A DNA stretch of 64,000 nucleotides from an uncultured bacterium (GTDB lineage Bacteria; Desulfobacterota_D; UBA1144; Nemesobacterales; UBA2774), in assembly GCA_963825135.1 (NCBI GenBank), contig CAWGRW010000009.1, positions 2,723,248 to 2,787,247 of the forward strand, given 5' to 3'. A program made the translations under genes and the position numbers. The notes under the pieces were generated by a model. The model was not told the origin of the DNA, made no database searches, and saw only the letters and a program-made list of their open reading frames with translations. Numbering within the stretch: the stretch's first letter is position 1; each line of letters starts with the position of its first letter. Positions 1 through 9,931 of this stretch are shown here, piece after piece.

Positions 1-918
1 AGGATAATATGGGCCAGCGACGGCTCGAAGGAATCATTGGAAGCGCTTAACTATGCAATATATCTCGCCCGGAGATCCCGGGCCGAACTGACGGGCATAT
101 ACGTGATCGAAATGCATCCGAGGCTCTTATACGACTACGCGAGGGACCCCGACAGCGACCTCTACGGATGGGTGGAGCAAGCGGCCGCCAGCCACAAGGC
201 GAGACTCGCTTCGGAGGCGGAGAACGCGGGCGTTGAGGGTCTCCCATTCCGTACCTCCGTCTTGATCGGAGACCCGAGCGTGGAAATCGTCAAACTCGCG
301 CGCCGCAGGAAGGCCGACCTCATAGTATTGGGGATACGCGGTCTCGGCCTAATAGACAGGATGCTGGTCGGGAGCACGGCGTTGAAAGTTTTAAGACAGT
401 CCGGTATTCCCGTCCTCGCCGTTAAGAAAAGGGACAAAACAAGTGCGATAGAGATACGGAACATTCTCGTCCCCCTGGATATATATGAAAAAGAAGAATC
501 CGCCCTGAGCTGCGCAGTAGATTTGGCGCAGGCGTTCAAGGCGAATATCTCGGTCGTGTACGCCTACAGGCTGTTCGCTTACGCCGCCCTCGAAGAAGGA
601 GAACCCCCGGTCGGAATAAATGAATTGGGCGAGGACGCGCTGAAGTTTTTTTCCGCAGAACTGGCGGCGCGGGTCGAGGAACCGAGACAAAGGCTTAAGA
701 CAGACGGCACAGAGGCCGGCAAACCGGGGATCACGACGGATCAGATCGAGGGAATAAACCCCGCGATGGGCATTGTCGAGTACGCGGACAATAAGGAAAT
801 GGACTTGATAGTAGTAAACACCCATGCGAGAAAGGGGATTAAAAAGTTTATCATGGGGAGTGTTACCGAGAAGATCGTTCAGGAGTCCGCCTGTCCGGTA
901 TTGGTCATCAAGCCGTAG
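1..918 (+). CDS. Universal stress protein with tandem USP domains (5' partial)
   Basis: Frame is open from base 1 (RIIWASDGSKESLEALNYA). Two USP domains with DLIVLG..G...LVGST and DLIVV..H...IMGSV..KIV..S.CPVLVIK motifs. Confidence 0.9.
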   Translation, partial: RIIWASDGSKESLEALNYAIYLARRSRAELTGIYVIEMHPRLLYDYARDPDSDLYGWVEQAAASHKARLASEAENAGVEGLPFRTSVLIGDPSVEIVKLARRRKADLIVLGIRGLGLIDRMLVGSTALKVLRQSGIPVLAVKKRDKTSAIEIRNILVPLDIYEKEESALSCAVDLAQAFKANISVVYAYRLFAYAALEEGEPPVGINELGEDALKFFSAELAARVEEPRQRLKTDGTEAGKPGITTDQIEGINPAMGIVEYADNKEMDLIVVNTHARKGIKKFIMGSVTEKIVQESACPVLVIKP

Positions 919-1016
919 CACACGGGTCTCTATGCAGGAGCTTCACGCAATGTTATAATCCCTGCTAATTCCGATTATCAATGATTACGTCGGCCATACG
1001 TTAAATAGAGGGGACG

Positions 1017-1772
1017 ATGATTATGCGAAGAATTAATTATAAAACGCTTGCGGGCGGCTTTATCTGGCTGAGTTTGGCGCTCATATTCATCATGCCGAAA
1101 ACCGTTCGGGCGCAGTATGAGTTTACAAACGACGAAGCGCAGTTTACGACCGAATATCCGGGCCTCGCAGTCCAGGACTTCAGGGGACTCGGCGTGACGC
1201 CGGGGTCGGATAGCAACTGCACCGCGCCCGTAGATGAATTAAGCAACGACGCGTGCTTTTCTCCCGGCGATATACTCCCGGGGATCGAATTCTCGGCTTT
1301 CCCCCAGGGGGATATTGCACTATTGGGCGCGTTCGTAGCCAATAACCCTTTCCCCGCGCTCGCGACCGACGAATTTTTGGATACGCTGGTTATAGGTTTC
1401 CTGAACGGAGACGTCAAGCAGGTGGGCATCGACCTCTGCTGTTTCGCAGAGGGGGGAGCGCCCTGCAGTGAAACCCTGAACGTAAACGTATTCAACGAAG
1501 ACGACGTACAGATAGGCTCAACGACGGTTATAGCCACGGACGAGTGCGACAGCTTCCTCGGCATATCGTCCGATAAGTTCATATTGAGGGTCGAGATCTC
1601 GGGACCGGACGATATTTTTCCGGGCGTCGACAAAGTGCTCTTCGGCAACCGGGTCGGGGAGAACGTCCCGACTCTGAGCGAATGGGGGATGCTCTCGGCC
1701 GCAGCGGGATTGGGATTGATCGGACTGTTCTTCGTTGCGAGGAGAACTAGGGCCGTGAGGCGGGCCGGATAA
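1017..1772 (+). CDS. IPTL-CTERM sorting domain surface protein
   Basis: Signal peptide; C-terminal VPTLSEWG + TM helix + basic tail (RRTR). Confidence 0.85.
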   Translation: MIMRRINYKTLAGGFIWLSLALIFIMPKTVRAQYEFTNDEAQFTTEYPGLAVQDFRGLGVTPGSDSNCTAPVDELSNDACFSPGDILPGIEFSAFPQGDIALLGAFVANNPFPALATDEFLDTLVIGFLNGDVKQVGIDLCCFAEGGAPCSETLNVNVFNEDDVQIGSTTVIATDECDSFLGISSDKFILRVEISGPDDIFPGVDKVLFGNRVGENVPTLSEWGMLSAAAGLGLIGLFFVARRTRAVRRAG

Positions 1773-1819
1773 ATCAACCCCGGACCGGATACCTGTTGAA
1801 GCTCCCGCCCGGATATATC

Positions 1820-1847
1820 TTTACAAAGACAGATAAGCCGTTATAAT
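1820..1847 (+). promoter_or_regulatory. Sigma70-like promoter
   Basis: TTTACA (1820-1825), 16 bp, TATAAT (1842-1847), just upstream of ATG 1857. Confidence 0.5.
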
Positions 1848-1856
1848 TCTGCGGTC

Positions 1857-2009
1857 ATGAGCGAACAAGAGAAAAAAGACGGACAGAAGAAGCTATTCGA
1901 GCTTTCGGAGCGCGAGAAATCGGGCGCGCTTTACATCATGGGCGTGGCAATACTCATATTCTCTATCGTATTCCTCGCCTCCCTCACCAACATAGTGCTC
2001 CATCCCTGA
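1857..2009 (+). CDS. Small single-pass membrane protein, 50 aa (not in ORF track)
   Basis: MSEQEKKDGQKKLFELSEREKSGALYIMGVAILIFSIVFLASLTNIVLHP*; charged N-terminus plus hydrophobic helix; fills the gap and has a promoter. Confidence 0.65.
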   Translation: MSEQEKKDGQKKLFELSEREKSGALYIMGVAILIFSIVFLASLTNIVLHP

Positions 2010-2013
2010 GTGT

Positions 2014-2514
2014 TCAGGCGGCCGATACCCACCTGATAAGGAGCGTTACGAGGCCGTGAGGGTCGAGCGGCCCGCCCGCGTTGTCCTTGTAAACTACTGC
2101 GCTATCTTCCTTGCTGAAATTAACCTTGATGAGCTGGATCGCTGACGAGAGCTTGCCCTCGCCGTCCTTTTCGGTCCTCCTAATCTTTCCGATCACCGTG
2201 AGCAAGTCGGGGTCTTCGTCGAACAGGACGACTATCCTCGATGGGGAGAATACCGAGAAACCGCCCCTCCTGCCGGGTATGGACAGGAAGAGTCCGAGGA
2301 AATCCGGCGTGAGCCTCTGGAGCGACAGCCTCATGCCCGGCGAGGCGTCGTTAAAAATAGTTACCGCACGCCTGGTGAGCACGTAAAACTCCTCTACGGC
2401 AGCGAGGAATACCTTGTCTTCGTCCGTGAGCGGGGGTATTGCCGCAGGTGTACCTTCACCCTTCTGCACGCTCCGTGCAATCGTCCTTATATCATTTTCG
2501 AAATCGTCGGCCAT
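2014..2514 (-). CDS. Hypothetical protein, 166 aa
   Basis: ORF with GAGGA RBS; no family recognised. Confidence 0.7.
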   Translation of the reverse strand: MADDFENDIRTIARSVQKGEGTPAAIPPLTDEDKVFLAAVEEFYVLTRRAVTIFNDASPGMRLSLQRLTPDFLGLFLSIPGRRGGFSVFSPSRIVVLFDEDPDLLTVIGKIRRTEKDGEGKLSSAIQLIKVNFSKEDSAVVYKDNAGGPLDPHGLVTLLIRWVSAA

Positions 2515-2712
2515 TTATAGTCCTCGTTATTTAGAGTCCCCCGCCCGGGAGCGAAGGCTCCCGCCATAGCGATGACAAATTATAATCGCGATAACACGGA
2601 CGTAAAGCACTATGGATATTCGAACTCGGAGGATCGTCCGTCCGCCCCTGATTTTTTTATCTATTATCAGCGTGCCCCGTGTGCTAGGATATAAATAAGA
2701 GGAGCAGAGATT

Positions 2713-2919
2713 ATGGCTAATGAATCCACGAGAGTTTCATTTGTGATTGATTCGGAGAAGCGCGTTTCGCTCGATAAGATCGCCTGCGCCTACGGCAAGA
2801 ACCTGAGCGCGGTCATAAACGAGGCGATAAACAATTACATAGACATCCACGGGCGGTATGCGAGCCTTGCGCAGATAGAGGCGGACGCCTCCGAAGACGG
2901 GGACTTCGCGACCGACTGA
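2713..2919 (+). CDS. CopG/ribbon-helix-helix family protein (antitoxin-like)
   Basis: RVSFVID..KRVSLDKIA.....LSAVINEAI..YI pattern; GAGGAG RBS. Confidence 0.65.
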   Translation: MANESTRVSFVIDSEKRVSLDKIACAYGKNLSAVINEAINNYIDIHGRYASLAQIEADASEDGDFATD

Positions 2920-3024
2920 GGGAACGAATCGCATTCCGTTCTTATGCGCCGTCCCGGATTGAAATCACATGCGAATCTGGTACTGTAACTCCCTGTTCAT
3001 GTGTGCTCCGGGGGGACATTCCAG

Positions 3025-4971
3025 TTGAAGACCAAACCGCTTTATGCGAGGGTTGCCGGGATAGTTTTACTCGCGGCGGCTTTGTACGGGTGCGAAACAG
3101 CCGGGTCCGACCTCTCGCTCAAAGGCAGGGTTATTGCCGGGGACGAGCCCGTATCGGGCTCGAGCGTGACCCTCTACGCGGCGGGCACCGTAATATCCGA
3201 GACCCTGGGCGGCGGCTCGACCGACAGCGAGGGGAATTTCAGCATAAAATTCAGAAGACCGGCCGAGAGCGGCATCATTTACGCCGTCGCCCGCGGGGGA
3301 ACGCCCCGGGGGAACGCCTCGCCTAACGAAGCGCTCGCGTTCCTCACCATAATCGGCGAAGTCAACGGCAGGCCGGACAGGGTGACGCTGAACGAGCTTA
3401 CGACCATAGCGTCCGTGTGGACGAACGCCCGGTTCCTGAGCGGGAGCGCGATAATAGGAAACAGCACCGGCATATATAACGCAGCCGGGAACGTACGGAA
3501 CATAGTCAATATAGAGACCGGCGCGCCGGGCGGGGTTATAGTGAACGCCGTGAACGGCTCCCCTGCCGGGGCGCTCGCATCAACCAACACGCTGGGCGAT
3601 ATTATCCACGCGTGCGCGGTTCACTCGCCCGCGGACGCCTGCGAAAAACTCTTCTCCGCGGCGACCCCTCCCGGATGGTCCGCACCCGGAGACACCATTT
3701 CGGCGCTCCACGACATAGCGCTTAACCCCTGGAACAACATCGATGGAATATTCTCTCTCCTGTCCATGGGCGAGCCCTATTCCCCGGTGCTCAACTCGCC
3801 CCCTTCGTCGTGGGCGGTCGCCCTTAAATACACGGGCGGCGGACTCGACTCGCCCGGAGCTTTAGCCATAGACGCGGACGGCGACGTCTGGGTGACTAAC
3901 AGCCTCCTGTCAGGCCCGGAGGACTGTCCGTCCGACGGGTCCGGGGCGACGAAGCTCGCTCCCGACGGCACGCCGCTCTCCCCGGCTTCCGGATTTACCG
4001 GAGGAGGCATAGACGGCGCGGGCTCCGGCATCGCCATAGACCAGACCGGGAACGTATGGATAGGGAACAGACGGGGGAACAGCGTATCCCTGATCACCCC
4101 CGACGGCTCGCCACTCTCCCCGGACGGGACGGGCTACAAGGCAAACGGCAATACTAGCAGGGTCGAGGGGGCGATAGTCGATTACGACGGGAACGTATGG
4201 TTCATCAACGGCAGGGCTTCTGACGAGTGCCCCGGATGCGGGAATTCGCTGATATTATTCCCCGGCGGGGACCCCAATAACGCGGTGACGTTCGTATACC
4301 CCGGCACAGATACGCTCGACTGGCCTTTCGACATGGCGCTCGACCTCGAAGGGGACATATGGATAACGAACGGCGCGGGCGGCACCGTGACCAGCATCGA
4401 CCCTCTGGGGAACCCGGCGTATCAGTCCTTACCCGGATGCTGCGGAATAAGCGGGCCCAAGGGCCTCGCCGTCGACAGCGTCGGCAACGTGTGGATAGCG
4501 AACTTCACGGGCGGGGAAGGCGCCGGCGCGGGGAGCGTCACGCTCCTCGACCCGTACGGAGCGAACGCCCCGGGATCGCCGTTCACAGGCGGCTTACAGG
4601 GCCCCTGGGGAATAGCGATAGACGGGGACGACAACGTCTGGGTAGCCGACTACAACGGGGGCGTTCTAGTGAACCTCTGCGGGGAGAGGAGCGAGAACTG
4701 CCCTCAGGGGCTTGCTACGGGGGACGCGATATCTCCCTCGGCCGGATACGACGGCGGGGGCGCGCTCCAGCACGTTACCTCGGTCGCGATAGACCAGGCG
4801 GGGAACGTCTGGGCCGCCAACAACGTGAACGACCCCGAAGCGTGCGCCAGGATGACGGAAGAAGGCTGCAGACAGGTGTCCACCGAATGCGGAGGGGACG
4901 GGGTGGTGGTCTTCTTCGGACTCGCTGCCCCTGTCGATGCGCCCCTTATCGGCCCTCCGAGGCAGCCGTAG
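3025..4971 (+). CDS. NHL-repeat beta-propeller lipoprotein
   Basis: Lipobox-like ALYGC; repeated P.GIAID..GNVWV.N motifs. Start (TTG 3025 vs GTG 3001) uncertain. Confidence 0.8.
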   Translation: MKTKPLYARVAGIVLLAAALYGCETAGSDLSLKGRVIAGDEPVSGSSVTLYAAGTVISETLGGGSTDSEGNFSIKFRRPAESGIIYAVARGGTPRGNASPNEALAFLTIIGEVNGRPDRVTLNELTTIASVWTNARFLSGSAIIGNSTGIYNAAGNVRNIVNIETGAPGGVIVNAVNGSPAGALASTNTLGDIIHACAVHSPADACEKLFSAATPPGWSAPGDTISALHDIALNPWNNIDGIFSLLSMGEPYSPVLNSPPSSWAVALKYTGGGLDSPGALAIDADGDVWVTNSLLSGPEDCPSDGSGATKLAPDGTPLSPASGFTGGGIDGAGSGIAIDQTGNVWIGNRRGNSVSLITPDGSPLSPDGTGYKANGNTSRVEGAIVDYDGNVWFINGRASDECPGCGNSLILFPGGDPNNAVTFVYPGTDTLDWPFDMALDLEGDIWITNGAGGTVTSIDPLGNPAYQSLPGCCGISGPKGLAVDSVGNVWIANFTGGEGAGAGSVTLLDPYGANAPGSPFTGGLQGPWGIAIDGDDNVWVADYNGGVLVNLCGERSENCPQGLATGDAISPSAGYDGGGALQHVTSVAIDQAGNVWAANNVNDPEACARMTEEGCRQVSTECGGDGVVVFFGLAAPVDAPLIGPPRQP

Positions 4972-5021
4972 GAATTGGTTGAGGTATCAGTTGTATCCTG
5001 CTTTATTACCTATACTTATAC

Positions 5022-5390
5022 ATCGACCTTCGACCCTTCGACTCCGCGCAGGGCAGGCTCCTGCTCAGGATGAACGGATTTATTTTTTTTAATGTACCCC
5101 CTCACCCTAACCCTCTCCCACGCTGGGGAGAGGAAACAAATATACGTCCTTCGACAGGCTCAGGACGGATAGATGAGATTGCCGCGTCGCTTCGCTCCTC
5201 GCAAAGACAATATAAGCCTGTCGTCGCGAGGCTACGCATACAGCCGCGTCGATCTCGCTTTTTCATGAGATTGCCGCGCTGCTTCGTAATCTGGTATTTG
5301 ATCTCCTGTGCGGCGGTTAAAGTGCTTATTTGCGATCAGCCAGGGGCGACCGATTGCTCTTTTTCATCGCAATCGTTGCAATGACATAAA
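5022..5390. repeat. Cluster of REP-like palindromes of several families
   Basis: cttcgac..ctcaggatgaacgg, ccctcaccctaaccctctcccc..ggggagagg and gagattgccgcg..cgcaatgac units that recur elsewhere in the window. Confidence 0.8.
5287..5376 (+). mobile_element. ~90 bp structured insert, copy A, inside a gagattgc...gcaatgac palindrome
   Basis: Shares atcagccaggggcgaccgatt...aatcgt with copies B, C and E; hairpin cgattgc/gcaatcg (5351-5375). Confidence 0.6.
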
Positions 5391-5467
5391 TTAAGGGAAT
5401 ATTAATCTCCTTGACTGATCCGGGCGAATGTTTATCATAAGAGTATCGGTAAATACGCTACGGAGGC

Positions 5468-7153
5468 GTGCATATAAGTAAAATATACGGAAAGACGTCA
5501 GGACTCACGAGAAGTGAAACAGGCAGCCTTGAAAGGCTTTACAGAAGGAAAATCCCACCGAAAGAAATAATAACACTGGAACTTGCCAGGACCCTCACCA
5601 GGCTCACGCACGAGATGAGGAGGGGTATCTCCGTCCTCATAGACAGGAAGGGGAAGGTCTCCGCCGTATTCCTCGGTGACTCCCACGAGCTTCCGTACGA
5701 CGAGGTGCTGGGGCGATCGAGGGAGGCCAAATACAGGCTCAGGGGCTCAAGGCTCGTCCACACGCACCACAAGAATTCCGCTTTGAGCGAGCACGACCTC
5801 GTGACGCTCGTAAACGAAAGGCTCGACCTGATGGGGCTTCTCGAAGTGAGGCCCGACGGCGACCCGGGCGCGTTCCATCTCGCGCACGTGCTCCCGCCGA
5901 ATAACGACGGAAAGAAATGGCGGGTGGAGGAGTACCGGGACCTCGGACAGGTGGACCTCAACTGCGACGAGCTCATAAGCGGCGTCGAGCAGAGCCTCGA
6001 AAAGTCGTATCACGAGCACGGGGGCGCGAAGGACCTCGAAGGGGTGCTCCTCGTGGGGTACTCGAAGAAATACCGCGCGGAGGCCGAGGAATCGCTCGAA
6101 GAACTGAAATCGCTCGCCAAATCGGCCAACAAGGCCGTGCTCGGCACGATCGTACAGATAAGAAGGGAGACCGACCCCAGATACCTGATCGGAAAGGGAA
6201 AGCTGCAGGAGGCGGTACTCGCGGCGAAGCAGGTCGGCGCAGAGAAGATCATATTCGACGTCGAGCTTACGCCCACGCAGGTAAAGTCGATATCGGACGA
6301 GACTAACCTCACGGTCATGGACAGGACCCAGCTCATTCTCGAGATATTCGCGAGGCACGCGGCCACCGCCGAGGGGAAGCTGCAGGTGAAGCTCGCCCAA
6401 TTCAAATACAACCTGCCCCGCCTGGTCGGGCGCGGCATAGAGCTCTCGCAGCTCGGAGGCGGCATCGGGACGAGGGGCCCCGGCGAGAAGAAGCTGGAAG
6501 AGGAGAGGAGAAGGATCAGAAAGCAGATAGACAACCTCGAGAAAGAGATCACGCAGCTAAGCAAGAGGCGGGAGAGGACGCGCGAGAAGAGAAAGGAGAC
6601 GGGGATACCGACCGTCACGTTCATAGGCTATACGAACGTCGGAAAATCTACCCTCTTCAACGCGCTCACCAACAGCGGGGTAATCGTCGAGAACAAGCTG
6701 TTCTCGACGCTAGTGCCGACTACCAGAAAGATAATGCTCCCCGGAGGGAGGGAGATACTCATTACCGACACTGTGGGGTTCATAAGCGACCTCCCGAAAG
6801 AGCTCGTCAACGCATTCAGGGCGACGCTCGAAGAGCTCGGGGGCTCGTCGCTCCTGCTGCACGTGGCGGACGCGAGCGACCCGATGGTGGACGAGAGGAT
6901 AGAGTCCGTCAACAAAATACTCTCCCAGACGGGCTACGATGCGATATCTCGGATGATAGTGCTCAACAAGGCCGACAAGACGCCCCCCGACGCGGCCAGG
7001 AGGCTTGGCAGGGTTTACGCCGCCCCGCTCATTTCGGCGCGGCAAAAGGACGCCATACCGGAGATGCTGGGGCTTATCGAGGACAGGATATTCGGGACGA
7101 GCCCCGAAGACGAGGCGCGGGGACAGATGGCGTGGGGCCTCAATACCGCATAA
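5468..7153 (+). CDS. hflX: GTPase HflX (long form with N-terminal extension)
   Basis: GGGIGTRGPGEKKLE, GYTNVGKSTLFN, DTVGFI and NKAD motifs. Confidence 0.95.
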   Translation: MHISKIYGKTSGLTRSETGSLERLYRRKIPPKEIITLELARTLTRLTHEMRRGISVLIDRKGKVSAVFLGDSHELPYDEVLGRSREAKYRLRGSRLVHTHHKNSALSEHDLVTLVNERLDLMGLLEVRPDGDPGAFHLAHVLPPNNDGKKWRVEEYRDLGQVDLNCDELISGVEQSLEKSYHEHGGAKDLEGVLLVGYSKKYRAEAEESLEELKSLAKSANKAVLGTIVQIRRETDPRYLIGKGKLQEAVLAAKQVGAEKIIFDVELTPTQVKSISDETNLTVMDRTQLILEIFARHAATAEGKLQVKLAQFKYNLPRLVGRGIELSQLGGGIGTRGPGEKKLEEERRRIRKQIDNLEKEITQLSKRRERTREKRKETGIPTVTFIGYTNVGKSTLFNALTNSGVIVENKLFSTLVPTTRKIMLPGGREILITDTVGFISDLPKELVNAFRATLEELGGSSLLLHVADASDPMVDERIESVNKILSQTGYDAISRMIVLNKADKTPPDAARRLGRVYAAPLISARQKDAIPEMLGLIEDRIFGTSPEDEARGQMAWGLNTA

Positions 7154-7158
7154 AAAAA

Positions 7159-7184
7159 AGCGGCGGCTCCTGGCAGCCGCCGCT
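7159..7184. terminator. Hairpin terminator between convergent genes
   Basis: agcggcggct/agccgccgct stem preceded by an A-run (U-tract on the minus strand). Confidence 0.7.
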
Positions 7185-7222
7185 CATTCACTCATCATTC
7201 ATCAAAGCAAGCTAAGGCAGTA

Positions 7223-8137
7223 CTAGACCTCTACTTCCGCCGTTCCGCCCTTTATCACTTTAACGTTGTCGCTCTTTCTGGTTACGTCGAAACCGAGGAT
7301 TACGTGCCCGTTCTCCCTGCCCTTCTCCCATCCGTCGACTATTATCGTGTCGCCCGGATAGACCGGAGCGGTAAACCGGACTCCGAGGGATTTCAGCTTC
7401 GACGGGTCGCTGTCCAGATAACTTTCTATTATCGCCCTCATCGTCATGGACATCGTGCAGAGGCCGTGGACTATTATGCCGCTCAGACCGGCATCTTTGG
7501 CCACCTTCTCGTCTATGTGTATGGGGTTCATGTCGTTAGACGCCTTGGAATATCTGTACGTTATGTCGGACGGAATCCGTATTATGTCCCTGAACGCAAT
7601 CGGCGGCTCTGCGGGGGCTTCTTTTTTGGGCTGTCCGTTGGAGGGGGCCGTTTTCGGCTTCTCGCCGCTGCCGATACCCCTTATGAAGAGACCCCAGTCG
7701 GACTCGACCACCTTCTCGCACTTGCCGTTCGTCGTGAGCACGTTTATCTTGAGGAGCTCGCCCGAGCCCTTGTCCTCTATGTCCACGATCTTCGTCCTGA
7801 ACGTGAGCTTATCTCCGGGCCTTATGGGCCTGTAGAATTTCATCGACTGGTCGCCGTGCACGAGCATGAGCACGTTCTTCTTCGCCTCCTCAACGCCCCC
7901 GTGGAGCTCGGGGTCGCTCCATACCCGCTCCAGTATGGGGAGCTCGTACGTTACGGCGTAGCTCGGCGGCGCCATGCCGGCCGGGCTTTCGTGGCTGAAG
8001 TTAAACGCCCCGTTATAGTTGAAATAACTGAGGTTCCTCGCCCCTATCGCCCACGCGTAGTCTATCACTTCCTCGGTGCTTACTACGTGCATCGACGGCT
8101 CGTATTCTTTTCCTATGAAGCTCTTGTTCAGTCCCAT
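7223..8137 (-). CDS. Tandem MaoC-family (hot-dog fold) dehydratase
   Basis: LVHGDQ in the N-terminal domain; Y..AS.D.NPIH.D...A...GL.GIIVHGL in the C-terminal domain. Confidence 0.9.
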   Translation of the reverse strand: MGLNKSFIGKEYEPSMHVVSTEEVIDYAWAIGARNLSYFNYNGAFNFSHESPAGMAPPSYAVTYELPILERVWSDPELHGGVEEAKKNVLMLVHGDQSMKFYRPIRPGDKLTFRTKIVDIEDKGSGELLKINVLTTNGKCEKVVESDWGLFIRGIGSGEKPKTAPSNGQPKKEAPAEPPIAFRDIIRIPSDITYRYSKASNDMNPIHIDEKVAKDAGLSGIIVHGLCTMSMTMRAIIESYLDSDPSKLKSLGVRFTAPVYPGDTIIVDGWEKGRENGHVILGFDVTRKSDNVKVIKGGTAEVEV

Positions 8138-8659
8138 GATTCGTCTCCTTTCTCTATGTGTTTAACCTTCCTCAGGCCGCATAGTATATTTCGCTGTTTT
8201 ATAACACTCTTTACCGCGTTAGCTTACAATATTGCGTTGTGTGAAGAAGTTCGGAAGAACTGATATGTAGAAATAGGCCGGTATTGCGGGGAACCGATAA
8301 ACCGCCTGCAATTATTGTCTTATCCCCAAACCCCCGATAAGCGCTCCGTTGAGGCACGTTCATTCTAGATATATAAATTAATCAGAAAAAGGGGTTCTTG
8401 TCAAGAGGTTTATTCGCAACTGCAAATACTTTTTGGGGCGTTTTAGACGCGGATGCGAGGGGGCAAACGCCGGCCGACCGACAATGCGATTGATGCCCCC
8501 GGTAAATGCCCGGCACGACTGTCGGCTTTCAATTGGCCTATCTCCTTCTTAATATTCAATTACTGAGTGTAAATATCATTTGTACTACGAAGCCTACAGG
8601 TGTTATCATCGTACCAGTTTATATACGCACACAGCAAACTTATTAAAGGGGGATCGAGT

Positions 8660-9109
8660 ATGAAAACTTTTAGTTTTCTTATATTATTAACAGTTCTGTT
8701 TGTCGCTGATTATGCCCTGGCGCAAAGCTGCCCTTGCGATACCCTGGAATTGGCAAACGGGACCACCGGAAACGATATCATTGAGATTCTTTGCCCAGGC
8801 GGTAGTCCCGGCGAAGGCACCGTTTACACAGTAAACTCGGATTCAGCCGGAGTTGTATCAGAAAGTTTTTCTTATGCTGCGGCACTTAACGAAGCGGTAT
8901 GTGAAATCGGTGAAGCCAAAGTGCAGAGTGATTTTTTGCCGCTTACCGACCAGGAATTTGAGAGTTGCAAGGCACGTTTGGCCGCGGCCTGCGGCCCGGT
9001 CAGGAACCCTATTCCCACACTCGGCGAATGGGGCATGATAGCGATGGCGGGGGTCCTGGGGATAATCGGGTTGATCGTTACCGCGCGCAGAAGGAAAGCA
9101 GCAGCGTAA
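8660..9109 (+). CDS. IPTL-CTERM Cys-rich secreted protein
   Basis: Signal peptide, CPCD motif, IPTLGEWG + TM + RRRK. Confidence 0.85.
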   Translation: MKTFSFLILLTVLFVADYALAQSCPCDTLELANGTTGNDIIEILCPGGSPGEGTVYTVNSDSAGVVSESFSYAAALNEAVCEIGEAKVQSDFLPLTDQEFESCKARLAAACGPVRNPIPTLGEWGMIAMAGVLGIIGLIVTARRRKAAA

Positions 9110-9151
9110 ACAAAGGATTTAAGTTTAAAAAAAAGCGTAAACAACGTAAAC

Positions 9152-9179
9152 AAGAGGGAGCCGAAGCTCCCTTTTGTTT
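9152..9179 (+). terminator. Rho-independent terminator
   Basis: agggagc-cgaa-gctccct followed by T-rich tail. Confidence 0.7.
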
Positions 9180-9395
9180 CGTGAATCTCGCCCTTAATAT
9201 ACATTTCCCTGCCCTCAGGCGTCAGTTTACAACCCGGTAAAGACTCAGCGCGATTGTCAGTTGTCAATTGGCCTATCTCCTTCTTAATATTCAATTACAA
9301 AGTGGTGAAATGTCATTTGCACTACAAACCTGCAGGTGTTATAATCGTATGAATTAGTATGCGCGCCTTGCAAACCACTAAATGGAGGATCGAAT

Positions 9396-9848
9396 ATGAA
9401 AGGTTTTAGCTTTCTTATATTATTAACAATCCTGGTCGTATCCGATTATGCCCTGGCGGGAAACTGCCCGTGTGATACCGAACAATTGTCAAACGGGCTC
9501 ACCGGCAACGACATCGTACATATAGACTGCCCCGACGGTCAAATCGCCGAAGGCAATATCTGGGTATTAAATCCAGGTGTGGTTGCGATTGGCGGTGAAT
9601 TTACATATCAGGTACTGTCAACCGACCCTCCGATATGTGAAATCACCGACTTTATTAATCCTCCTGTTGACGTGAAGCTTACCGATGAGCAGCTTGAGGG
9701 ATGCAGAGCGCGTCTGATACAAGGATGCAAACTAATCCTGGAGACCACAATCCCCACACTCAACGAATGGGGCATGATGGCGATGGCGGGGGCTTTGGGG
9801 ATAATCGGAATGGTTGTCGCTTCGCGCAGGAGAAAAGCGGCAGCGTAA
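9396..9848 (+). CDS. IPTL-CTERM Cys-rich secreted protein (paralog)
   Basis: Same architecture: CPCD, IPTLNEWG + TM + RRRK. Confidence 0.85.
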   Translation: MKGFSFLILLTILVVSDYALAGNCPCDTEQLSNGLTGNDIVHIDCPDGQIAEGNIWVLNPGVVAIGGEFTYQVLSTDPPICEITDFINPPVDVKLTDEQLEGCRARLIQGCKLILETTIPTLNEWGMMAMAGALGIIGMVVASRRRKAAA

Positions 9849-9881
9849 ACGAGGGATTTAAGCTTAACAATAATTGCAAAC

Positions 9882-9912
9882 AAAAAAGGGAGCCGAGGCT
9901 CCCTTTTTTTTT
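9882..9912. terminator. Bidirectional terminator
   Basis: aaaaaagggagcc-ga-ggctcccttttttttt between convergent genes. Confidence 0.8.
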
Positions 9913-9931
9913 ACGTTATTTGTGAGCTTTT

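Noticed and set aside
5070..5384. 104-aa ORF across the repeat cluster (similarly 23821-24081 and the N-terminal part of 54778-55563)
   Set aside because: Translation of palindromic repeats; no coding signature.
8270..8525. Possible c-di-GMP riboswitch (ggcaaac) and similar GC-rich hairpins at 36120-36430
   Set aside because: The GEMM second stem and tetraloop/receptor could not be identified.
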